From assembly GCF_037042905.1 (NCBI RefSeq), contig NC_087247.1, forward strand, positions 22,816,001 through 22,880,000: a stretch of 64,000 nt of DNA, written 5' to 3'. The stretch is from Lytechinus pictus (taxonomy: Eukaryota). Both the position numbers and the translations under genes were made by a program. The notes beneath the pieces were generated by a model. That model did not search any database and had not been told where the DNA came from. It worked only from the letters and a program-made list of their open reading frames with translations. Shown piece after piece: positions 27,368-39,207 of this stretch (the stretch's first letter is position 1; each line of letters starts with the position of its first letter).

Positions 27368-28800
27368 TGCTAGTCAGAGTTTGCAATTGCACCTTTAAGT
27401 TTTTTTTTGGCGTTTATTTTCGCCTCTGCATCTCTTTTTAGCTATGGAGGTTTTCTAACCAACCTGTAAGCAATTATAGAGGCTTGCTAACGGAAATGAA
27501 TTCTAATGAAATGGTATTTCTACTCAGCTAGACGAAGGGAAATACAAATATAATGAATCTGTACCTTATCGACAAGGCGTGAACAACATTTTTGACATAT
27601 CCCGTCGCAAATGAAATCTGGACTCGCTTATCATTATCATGCTCCAGGCAATCATTTTATAGAAGGAATTATTTGAATAGTAAAATTTATGTATAACTTC
27701 TAATAGAAAATTGTAAACATGATTATTATTTGAAGAGAGATAATGTCAAATTTTCTCAAAACTAGATACAATTATGATATAATCCGTCATTTTTTTTTAC
27801 ATTACATTATTTTTCTGTTGTCTTTTTTTAAAGAAAAACGACATAATATGGCGGTAACCTTGTGGGTAACTGCCCATAAAAAGGCACAACATAATAATCA
27901 TCCTTTGGATTTATTTTCCATCCTCAATTTTTTCAGTGGCATCGATTCCCATTATCCTTTCTACATTGTACACCTCTGGTGAATAAGTAGATATATTGAT
28001 TTATAATTCGAATTTGATCCTTGATTAATCATTGCTATGAAAGATGATTGTAGGCGCGACCTTGGTTGGAAATGGCATTTTATTCAATTCACTTACTGAG
28101 TGTATTACCACAATGTATTCCAGGTCAACATTGAACTAAATGAATATGATGAATATACACAGCATCTACAACAATAAATTGAATGACTGAGTTTGACAGA
28201 CTGCATGGTGATGACTTCAAACGATGCATTTTTTACAGTAACTCCTAAGCAGATTTGTATTTATAAGAAAATGAAAAAAAAAATGCTTTCGTTGATTGCG
28301 AACTAAACAAACCCTTTTTAGAAAAATAACGAAATTATTTTGCGAGCAGTTTACAGCGTAAAACAGGTAGTACACGTCAAATAATTATTACTTAAAAAAG
28401 AAAATGAGAGTAAAACAAATTTTTGGTCTATATAATTCATAAATTTATTTTGGACAGGAACAAAAACAAAACTGATAAAAGAAGTATACTTTAAAAAAAA
28501 TTGTCAGGGAAATAAAAAAAAAAGGATAGAAATGTACAGCATTGCTAGAAGAAAAACAAAACAAAGAAAAGGATGAATTGCCTAAGCGCTCGTTAACATT
28601 CATGTCAGTAAGGAAACTTTAGGTTTTTTAGGTTGTTTCGTGATTTATAATGTGAATAAATTCCCATCAAAACATGAAATAATATGAAATTGATGACCAA
28701 AATGATGACTTCGAACAGCTTGAGTACATGAGCCGTGTTGTATATAATGCCATGCTCAAGCTATCAGAAAATCTATGATTTCTTAATTGGCTAAACTGAT

Positions 28801-28869
28801 CATTGACTATCAGGATAAAGATCTATCTATTTATCTATTATAGGTACATCTTTATCCTGATAGTCAATG
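28801..28869. other. Near-perfect 69-nt hairpin (30-bp arms, 9-nt loop)
   Basis: CATTGACTATCAGGATAAAGAT (22 bp) is exactly inverted at 28848-28869; arms extend to 30 bp with two mismatches. Confidence 0.85.
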
Positions 28870-28881
28870 TGTAATTACAAA

Positions 28882-29214
28882 CCGGTAAAGTTCTTTCCGC
28901 TTTAATCAGTGATCACAATCCGGTAAATTTCTTTCCACTTTGACAAGCGATCAAAATCCGGTAAATTTCTTTCCGCTTTGACCAGTGATCAAACTCCGGT
29001 AAATTTTTTTCTGCTTTGACCAGTGATTACAATCCGGTAAATTTCTTTCCGCTTTCAACAGTGATCACAAACTGGTAAATTTCTTTCCGCTTTGACCAAC
29101 GATCAAAATCCGGTAAATTTCTTTCCGCTTTGACCAGTGGTCAAAATCCGGTAAATTTATTTCCGCTTTGATCAGTGATCACAATCCGGTAAATTTCTTT
29201 CCGCTTTGACCAGC
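28882..29214. repeat. 38-bp minisatellite, ~9 copies
   Basis: Consensus CCGGTAAATTTCTTTCCGCTTTGACCAGTGATCACAAT with a constant 38-bp period. Confidence 0.95.
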
Positions 29215-29890
29215 AGGGAATGGACTTAATACATGTGTACTTTTGATTATGTAATCTTATTATTGTATATATCTGTATAAATTAATTCAATGAAACCTTT
29301 TTTTATTATTTGTAATTAAAGTAATTATAGTAATACTGTAATACTATGTGTGACATTTGTCTTATTGTTTTTATAATTGCGTGACAGAGAGAAAGAGTAG
29401 AAGAGAGTAAAAGGGAATCAGGAGTTACAGGCACAGTGTTTTCTCATATGAGGTGTTCTTTGTTGTATGGTATAAATAAATATTTACCATCAAATGGACA
29501 TGAAATTGGCTAATTATATCCGGATATAATAATATGTTTGGGTCTATTTACCAATTCATTCATAAAATTCAATTTCTTTTGAAATAATTTGCTGTTTATA
29601 TCATTTTAGCTGAAAAATATAGAAAGGGTGTAAGAGAGAAAGAGAGAGAGGGGCAACGTGGATGGATAGAGACTGCATGTGATATACGGTAGTGTGAGGA
29701 TGTGACTACGTGTGCGTGAGATCCCCGTGAGATATAAAGAAAAGAGGTAAAAAGAAAGAGTGAGGCAATAATAGGTTTAAATTGTTGAAGGGGTGTGGAT
29801 GGTACGTTAGAGGAGAGGGAATTAAGAGTGAGATACACCCGTATACCCACACACATTAACCCCTTCTCTCCTATAAGATAGGGGGAGCTA

Positions 29891-30349
29891 CACTGTTAAA
29901 TAAAATCCCTGATTTTACAGAAAAAAAGAAGATTTTGCAGAAAGCAATAACAGAATCATTCTGTAAATTCATAAAACAAGAATTTTTCTGCAATTTAACA
30001 GAACAGGTGGGTGTTTCATAAAACTGTTCGTAAGATAAGAACGACTTTAAGAACGACTGGTGATCCTTTCTTTTGGTAAATGGTATACATATAGGCGATG
30101 GTTTAGCGCGTAAGAAAGGATCACCAGTCGTTCTTAAAGTCGCTCTTAACTTACGAACAGCTTTATGAAACGGCCTCCAGGTCTGTTTAAAAAGGGGAAA
30201 AGGGTGTTTTATTTAAGGAAATTTGTAAGGTTCCATACACCAAATACCAATTTCCTGTAATTTTACATGATGTAATGTAAGATTACAGGTGTTCTCGAGA
30301 CTCTGCTGCAGGAACTTCTTTTATTTTAAGGATAAATTTTCTAACAGTG
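29891..30349. mobile_element. TA-flanked MITE containing a nested hairpin MITE
   Basis: TA|CACTGTTA ... TAACAGTG|TA. Confidence 0.65.
30007..30177. mobile_element. Foldback Harbinger-like MITE with CAG 3-bp TSD
   Basis: ~60-bp arms GTTTCATAAAACTGTTCGTAAG...CTGGTGATCCTTTCTT inverted; CAG on both flanks. Confidence 0.75.
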
Positions 30350-30442
30350 TAGTGTGGAGTCACGTGCTCCTTATACCCCTGGGACCCGTACAGATAAGAA
30401 TCGTAGCTGAAACATGCAAATGACCACTCACTATTAAACATA

Positions 30443-30638
30443 CACTCTTAAAAACGTTGGGCAACATACGGTCCACACAACAATTGGTTAAAACATTATC
30501 CAACTCTGGGTAGTTTTCAACCAATACTGTGTAGTTTTCACCAAAAGCACACATTATTGGTTTAAAGCTACTCAGAATTTGATAAAGTTTTAACCAATTG
30601 TTGTGTGGACCGTATGTTGCCCAACGTTTTTAAGAGTG
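30443..30638. mobile_element. TA-flanked MITE with perfect ~50-bp TIRs (probably young)
   Basis: TA|CACTCTTAAAAACGTTGGGCAACATACGGTCCACACAACAATTGGTTAAAAC exactly inverted, ending AAGAGTG|TA. Confidence 0.85.
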
Positions 30639-31115
30639 TAGTATTCTGATCACACCGGATTATGATCGGACGGAACTTCCCACAAGTGCAATTTGGCATG
30701 AATTTTAAAAAGCTACATTACTAGGTTGTACGAAATGACCGAGAGAAACATTGTATAATCGGATTTCTTCAATGAAGCAATGATGCCATATGTGATGTTA
30801 GGAACGACCAGTGAGACATCTCTCCCAACATACCCATTTCAAGCTCATCCTGTATGTATTATCACTTATCCATTCTCAATTTGACTCGAAGCAACCCCTT
30901 GGCAATGTCAAGCCGATGAGGAAATATCGATATACTTGCCATAAAGGATTAGGGAAAAATCTTGTTAATCTACCAGCACAGCAAAGTGATTACCCTCTGA
31001 GTGACATGGCCAACGTACAAAATAAACTACTGTGATTCATTCCTGCAATGAATGAGATACATATATTTTTGAAGTACTAGTAGTACAAATTAACATCATT
31101 ATATTAGAGCAATAC

Positions 31116-31260
31116 GGGCGTGTGGTCCACTGGATAGAGCATTGGACTAAATGATTGTTAGGTTGAGAGTTCGAATCCCCGCTCGACCACTATCTCCACT
31201 TTAACCCAAAATGACCCGAGAGTAATTTATTCCGTCTGTGAGGTCAGCCACTATAGCCAC
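31116..31260 (+). mobile_element. tRNA-derived SINE, diverged copy
   Basis: A box TGGTCCACTGG and B box GTTCGAATCCC; body TCTCCACTTT...CCCGAGA...AGGTCAGCCA homologous to the copy at 62269. Confidence 0.75.
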
Positions 31261-31910
31261 CTTTCGCAAACATCAGGGACGGTAACATTAGGGTCCCCTA
31301 ACACAAAAGTTAACGATTAATCATACACTTTATAGTCAATAGAATCAAACGTAGAAAACTGCTCTACAATCATTGCTAAGCTTAATTTGTTGCAAGCCCT
31401 ATATATCTGCTTTTCGTGTGCAAAATTCTTTCACGCGACACTCGTTTTCATGCATGTGTACGTCTGGTCATCATCGTATATGCCCCCTGAGCCGGCGGCG
31501 AGCCTCTACTATGACAGCTGGCTGGAGATATTCGAAATGCATGGCTTACAATAGATTATGACATGGATAAGAAAGTGGTTTTTCAAACAAATCGAGTACA
31601 TATTGAGTGAGGAAAAAGTTACTAAATTAAGGCTTAGATATAGATCATAACAGTCCATCGAATCGATATTGCATTTAATTTGGATTGTTGGATCACTGGC
31701 AATTGATTCCATGGGTCAGATCACCTCTCCAGCCGAAACCATTTCGCATGCGTTGATAATATGTACACAGCATATGCAATAGGCCTAAACGTCTGAACAC
31801 CGGCCGAATTTGCAGGGTTTTTTCTTTGCTTACTCCTCCTATGCCTCTAGCACACAATGTATTGGGCATTATGTTTTACTTTTCCCAGAAATGGGGATTA
31901 GATTCAAATT

Positions 31911-32213
31911 CCCGGGGGACCACTTCCATTGATGAGTGGATACCAGGCGCGACTATGAGCTTTCGAAAAGCACCCTAAACAAGGGAAGCGAGTCTTTTCC
32001 AGATTATGAAAATGCATCTCTTAACAAGTATTTAGCTTGTGAAACCCTACAAGTATTGGAAATACATTATATCCCCCTTTTCAGTATTTCAAACATCGTT
32101 TTTGACACCCTTTTACGTTACATAGGCCTATACGTAACGTACTTGCCCACTCTTTCCCTTTTTACGCGTGGTCGCGCCTGGTATCCACTCTTCAATGGAA
32201 GTGGGCCCCCGGG
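31911..32213. mobile_element. MITE with CCCGGG termini and ~45-bp TIRs
   Basis: CCCGGGGGACCACTTCCATTGATGAGTGGATACCAGGCGCGAC inverted as GTCGCGCCTGGTATCCACTCTTCAATGGAAGTGGGCCCCCGGG. Confidence 0.8.
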
Positions 32214-35200
32214 TGGCCTCTCAAGCTCTGGGAGGAACCAAATGTGGCTTTGGAAAGTCGTCCTAAATCGCATATATCGCTGTTACCATAGTAGCAACCA
32301 GAATTTTGCGCACGAAACGCAGATTGAATGTTTCCGTTCCAGATGCGAAACGAACAAAAAATCTCATGTCACACAATTTGCATTGCAGGACAGAGTTTTA
32401 CGACCATGACGACGGGCCCAAAAGTCTCTTCCAAAATCAACTACCGTCGTAAATAAGCGTTCGCGTTCTCCAACGAAAGGTCGGGACTGTCGAAGATTAT
32501 CGACTTGTGCTAGTTGGGGGGGGGGGGGGGTCACACACATTAAAAACTAACCCATTCGTTCATAGCAAATCAGGATGTGATTTGTACTGTCCATATCTCT
32601 GATCCTATCTAGTTTGTTCATAAACTCTGTCTTTCTCTGCAATATGTCAATCCTGTCAGTCAACAGGCGGTTCACATCTACTCTAGATTGGCATTTGCCG
32701 TTCGCAGCACCAGCCAGTCCTGGTCAATAACAACTGAAGATATTGTGTGAGTGGGGGTGAGTTCGTGGGTGTATACTGGCAAATATCATCTAGAGTAGAT
32801 AAAAAGCTCGAGCTACCATCACCGGCGCTTATAGTGCATTCAAGGAATATTAATCACTGAATAACCACTTCACATTCCTGTATTGAATCAATCTACACTC
32901 TTTTCCAATCCGGGGTCAGAATAACATAAGAATCCGTCCGTTTTGGATTATCCTAGAATTACAAGGAATTGAGCCAGTTTTACCAGGAAACGGTCATATC
33001 TTACCAAGAAATTGCCTTCGGATATTACTTGAGTGTTCCATCAAGGGGAAATTTCCCCGGTATTCTTTTAGAGTGTATGATAATTCGCTAGGTGTACTAC
33101 GGGGAGAGGTGAGGGTCAAGAAGGTGGCATTCCTTTGATGCTTCCTTGTTAAGATAATGTGAATACCATTTGTGATGAATAACGTCACCTCCTGTTTAGA
33201 CAAGACGAAGATGTGTATATCAAATCATATTTATGTTATAAACAGTGTGGGTTTGACGTATGATTCCCAGAGAGGAGCCACATAATTATGTGCGTGAAGT
33301 TTATTATACGATCACTATAATAAATCAGAATCACACAGTTTCAACGTGACGAACATGAGTTACGATAAACATCTCAATACATGGATGTAAACATGCACTG
33401 TGTTGTTATTACTGACAGCATGTGTCTGAACTGCCAAAGTTGACATGTGTCTGCTATTATGAGGGCATTGCCCAGCTACTTGTAGGGGACATATCTTGTA
33501 TGACTCTTAAAGCATCTCATGACACAAGCTTTTTTATTTGGTAAACTCAAGAGTCGTGTTTAGGTAAACCTTAACCATCTTAACCATTCAGGAGAAAGCA
33601 CTGAACTCCAATATCTGAAAGGGCATTCTTCCAAGACGTGCATGGGGCGTCGGGGTATAAGAGCTGAAATCGCACCCTCCCCATCGTTTATTCCCCTTTT
33701 GGAAATTTTTAGCCCCTTTAAGGTGGATCCCTTGATCCGCCACACAATGCTATATGTTAAATCTTTTCTGTATCTGATACATAAGGGGACGGAGAAAACG
33801 ACTTCAGACAATTAATTAGTGAGTATGTATGTGTAGTATACCCATGAGGACGGTGATTGATTCATAAAACAGAAAAGGGTATTTTGAGAAAAAAAATGGA
33901 ATAGGCCTGTGCAATACAGAAAGATACACTCTTCAACAGTATTGGTCACCACATAATAGCCAGAGAATATTGTGCCTTACCCCCAAAATGCTAATAGGTA
34001 TTAAGGTTTGACTTGGTGTCATTTGGCATCAGTTTGAGAGTTAATGACCATCAAATCGAATTAACAATCTGTCTCAATATTTTTGGTTGAAAACAATTTG
34101 TATAACAACGTTTTATTCTTTAGAAAAAGAGTGCAGGTATAGAGATATATGTACAATGGACATATAATTAGATTAACAGAAATATGAAGAAAAAAATATA
34201 TAAGATGGATAGGTTAATGGATAAAGAAATAAATGGACAATTAGGCATAATATACAGATGGGAAGATAAGTAGATAGATGTAATACTTTAAAGGATAGAC
34301 AGAAAGATAGACAAACCAACAAAATAAAACATACATGAAAATGCTGGTAGATGTACTCGTATTGTAATAAACTATAACATCCTAAAAATGGATTGGTCCG
34401 AGTGTGTAACTGAATTACATGTGTCCAACAACAACAGCATTAACTAAATCATTTTTTTTTTGGGGGGGGTATTTTTACTTTAATTTTGTTCTGACACATA
34501 TTACAAACATACTGATCATATTGACTAATTCTTAAGAAACGTTATGATGTATGGAGTATGGACAAAATTAATGTAAATATTCCGATAGGGGCCATAATAC
34601 ATGTCGCCTATATACATGCCAATTATTATTAAAGGCAGAATAAAAGTAAATATACACTGACAGTATAACGTAATAGGTAAACAAAATTGAGGGAAGAGAA
34701 CATGGGGTGCGGGGAGAATATTCCTTAAAAGTCGCAAGCGAACGAAGGGACCGAATAATACAATGATCTTTACAAAATTAAAATCAAGTTTTGTGACCTA
34801 TTTCGAACATACTATCTATAAAATGATTTTCATATTATTTCTTTAATTTCCCTTTTCTTCGGTCGTGGAACTTCCTGAGGGAGGGGCCGCCAAGGTCCCC
34901 CGCCCACATCTGTACGCCCCAAAAGAATTCGGTTTTGGAAAAAACTGGGGGCTGAAGCCCACCCAGCCCCCCCCCCCCCTCCCGTTCCCGCGGCCCCTGT
35001 ATAATACAATCATGTCAGCACCCGTAATGTTAAACTTTGATCGGCCTATATAGTTGCTTTAATCAAATACTCAAAAAGTATCAACAGACATATTTTCCTT
35101 TCTCAGTTTTTATTACGCAGAATTGTTTATCTTACAGCGCGAAATATTTTGCATTAAAGAACTCCACAATTTGGCGCCTACAAAACTGATTGAATTAACA

Positions 35201-36427
35201 CATGTTTAAATTAGCTCACCTTTATGAGGAAGGGAATGATAATATATTCCAAGCCTCATATGTTGTCACTGCCCACTCACTAAAATCCCAAACTGAAAAA
35301 TGTTCACACTCCTACGAGGGGCCATTATTTTAATCTTCATGCCATGCTGCAACAACGATATCCAGTAGTGGAGATTGATAGTAGGGTAAAGTGAAAGGAA
35401 CAAACCCTTCCTTCCCAATATAATTGGCGTAGACAAGGGGGTACAAAGGTATACATGCCACATTAGAATGAGAAATTAAAGAGGAGGAACCGCGAGCAGA
35501 GAGTAAGTGACATTACACGACATCTTACTTGCAGATGGATCTTTTATCCATGTGGTGAATGGGTGGTTATTAATGTATGCTCATCCGAAAATGTATCTTA
35601 CACCTTATTTTCAGGATTGAAAATTACACTGAAAGTAAGGTGTAAGGTCATAGTTGATTATGTGGTTAGAAAGTACCATTTTTTCGGGGAAGGGGGATGG
35701 ATAACTTTACTGATGGAGAAGGGCGCCGTCTCTTAAATTAATGACATTTTTCAAATGAAAAAAAAATGATTAAAAAAGAGACACTGAATTATATACGATA
35801 AGCTGCCTTTAGTTAAATATCGAAGACCAACATTGGATGCCTTTGATAAGGAAGTATTGCGGATGGTATAAAGCGTAGGCATATATACGCAAAGCATTCA
35901 AAATGAAAAAAGGACCATATACTTGTGTCTGCTCATTGGAGATTATGCTGGTAGAACATGTAATGTCGCCAAAATAGAGTACATAATAAAATATTACAAG
36001 AGGATTTTGATGTCATAAGGTGAACACGTTACACACTAATAAATAGGGGTGCACATTTTAACCCTAGCCTATACAGGGATTGGCACGATAGCAGCACCCC
36101 AAGAGTGCTAATGAGTGCAATTATACACCCCTCATAGTGCAAAAGACCTTGGTGCAAATGATATTGAAAGAGTGCATTTTTGCACCTCTTTCCAATAATG
36201 GGTCTAAGATTACGCCCCAAAAGTTTGGTACAAAATAATGTTACATTTAGGATTTTAAAAAATCTTAGTGTGTACATACTAAAAAATAAGTGTTGAAATT
36301 TGAACCCTGTGAAAAGGTACATTAAAGGGTGCAATTTGCTACATATTGCACCCTAAACGGATAAATTAAACATTCAATGAGGTGCAAATTTGAACCATTT
36401 AATTATTATGATCCAAACTAGCATTTA

Positions 36428-36687
36428 CACTCTTAAAAAATGGGTAAAAGTGCTCCATGAGGGTAACTATAAATTGTGTCAAACCAACATTGGACATTTA
36501 TTTTGGGCATTTTTATTTATCCAGTGTGATGATAATTTTGCCCATTCGAAAGTAATTGCTGCTTATTTTTTCACCTTACTGGACAAATTGCTTCCTGCAA
36601 TGGGTAGGTATATTACTGCCCCAAATTGGTTGGACACATAATTACACTCGTGGTGGTAATATTTTACCCAATATTTTTTTTACAGTG
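36428..36687. mobile_element. TA-flanked MITE (family of 20841-21097) inside a larger GCACCC-motif repeat (~36030-36800)
   Basis: TA|CACTCTTAAAAAATGGGTAAAA ... TTTTACCCAATATTTTTTTTACAGTG|TA. Confidence 0.7.
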
Positions 36688-37181
36688 TATTGAGTGCAAA
36701 TTAATACAAAGGTGCATTTTTGCACTCTTTTCTACATAGAGTGCAAGATTACACTGCAAAATGTGATTCCTGTCGTTCATTTGGGGTGCAAATTCGAACC
36801 TTTTCTAATATGATATTGACGTTTTACAAGAAAATATTTGGATTGGGACACCAAATATTGTAAAACGATGTGAAATAAAATGTGGTAAACCAATACTATT
36901 CTTGATATCATTTCTTTTATAGATTACCTATTCCCGTTAGAATTTCATTTGTTAAACATTTTGTACATTCAATGTAATCATACTAATAAAATTAACAATA
37001 TGCCTTGTCATATTTGTACTAATATCCAGATGAATCAATTTTCATATAGAAATATTGTCATTTTCATTAATTCTGACAAAAACATATTATATTTTAGTAA
37101 AAATTATGCTAAGCGCCCTGCATGCTGACAATGTTCTTTTCCAAATTTGAGTAGATTGTTTTGACAAGTAATATAATTATA

Positions 37182-39207
37182 CACAACAAATAAAGTAAGT
37201 CCCCCTTAAACAAACTTTCATAATGTCTGAGCCAGGAGTTTTAAAGATCTTGTTACATGAGCGTGTATTTATAAGCTACCCTCTGAGTGAATGTCAGGGG
37301 CCGCGGAACCGGGGGGGGGGGCTGGGCTCCAGTCCCCCCCCCCCACTTTTTACCAAAACCGTGTACAAAAACGTAAAATTTACCATATGATTGTGATTTT
37401 TAGCATGGTCAGCCCCCCCACTTTGAAAACCGTTCCGCGGCCCCTGAATGTTACAAATGTATTTTATGTCATGCTCAAGTGAGCACCTCCAAGGCAAAAT
37501 TATCACTTTTTAAAAGTCACAAGCCAAATATCATGACTTTGATTCCATTTTATTGGAACGAATTCCACATTCTCACCATTAAAAAATCGTCAGAAGGCTT
37601 GTAAAAGGTACATTCTAATAGACGATACAACTTTTATGCCAAATTTCACGGTTGAATAAACACAAGTCAAAATTTGCTATAATTAGGGGTTTTGCACATT
37701 TCTTTCAATAAAAATGATCGAATAAATATGATGACAGTTATTTCTGGGAAGAGTATATTCAACAATATCCATCTTTAACACGGTTCAATGAACATTTAAT
37801 TAAAAACAAAAAATATGATTTTGTTTCATTTTGGGAAGTGAAATTATCTCATCAACTTTTTTTCGTTATTTTCATGACAAATTAACATGCTTCAATGAAT
37901 TCTAAGGCGTTTAATTAAACATTCACGCATGAATGAACATGTGGAATGTGAATAGCTCTTTTTTACGTTATTTGAAAAAATACAATTGCTTAATATGGAT
38001 ATCTGTCACAAACCTTGCATTGTTCATTTGATTTGAATTTTGTGAAAATCCCAATGTTTAATGCTTCAGTGAGCACACAATATTCGAAAAAATATGCAAA
38101 TGAGAAGAAAGTTCAAGGCCTTGGCCCCACTTTGTTTCGTGTAAATAAATATTTTGGTGTGCACCTTTTGAACCCATGTGCGAAGTATCATGAAAAAAAA
38201 ATGTAGGCAAAAGTAACAAAAATCGTCCATGCAAAAACCCTCATTTCACTTCTGTTGAAATTTTGATTTCCTCTCTCATCTGCATGCTCATAGACATTTT
38301 GTACATTATGTGTGCATGTGTTTAAAACCCCTTATTCAATATTGTGGAACTTTTTTTTCCTCTTTAGCTTTATTATTAGGCAGTAATGTTTATCAAAATG
38401 GGCGGAATTCTGTGCAAAAATGATTTTTTCTTTTTTAATCATACATCATTATTTTTATCAACACACATACTTTCCGAAATATTTGAAATGGCATTTTCAA
38501 AGTCACAGACTCATTTTTAGGGGTTATAAAATGAATGATGGGGGCTAATTCTGTTTGAAATGTGACTTGATTGCTGTTTTTTTTAATCAGATATCATACT
38601 TTCCGAAATATTTACACTTTCCTGGTTGAGCGAGCAAATTTAAAAACCTTAGGAATTAATCCTCTTCATATTCCATAAATGCATTCTTTTCCTAACAATT
38701 TATCAGGATCAGTTAAATCTATGGACGAATCAGTGGTGAGTCCAAAATTTCAAAATGGGGAGGGACCGAGAAATTGGGAGAGGGGAGCCACTAACATTGT
38801 CCAATTTCAACATGTGTTTTTAAGTTATGGTACTACCCCCATAAACCCCTATGATGATACGTCACAAAAAATTGTGCTCACCCAACCACGAACATATCAA
38901 AATTGTGTGTGGATTGGCTAAATGATGGATAGTAAAAGGGCACATAGCACCATCAAATTCACCAAAAAACATCCTTCGCCCAACCCTGTACTTACACAAT
39001 CTGGAAAACGACTCTTGTGACTTTGAATAATTGTCTTTTTTTTAATTTTTTATCTTTGATTACTCATGTATGATCCAACCGATCAATCTCATTTTTTTCC
39101 CCAGGATTTGCTTCATGTGTTAAAAAACACCTACGAAATACTATATCTCAAAATTAGTCTGTTCAAAAGTTACATTTTTATTAAGGGGGGCTTACTTTTA
39201 TGTTGAG
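37182..39207. mobile_element. Tc1/mariner-like non-autonomous element (~2 kb) carrying nested insertions
   Basis: TA|CACAACAAATAAAGTAAGTCCCCCTTAA vs TTAAGGGGGGCTTACTTTTATGTTGAG|TA; no transposase ORF visible. Confidence 0.6.
37295..37446. mobile_element. 152-bp hAT-like MITE with perfect 15-bp TIR and 5-bp TSD
   Basis: AATGT|CAGGGGCCGCGGAAC ... GTTCCGCGGCCCCTG|AATGT. Confidence 0.85.

Noticed and set aside
28882-29214. CRISPR-like 38-bp repeats
   Set aside because: Head-to-tail repeats without spacers.
31936-32409. 157-aa ORF
   Set aside because: It starts at GTG inside a MITE and runs across its boundary, with no recognisable domain.
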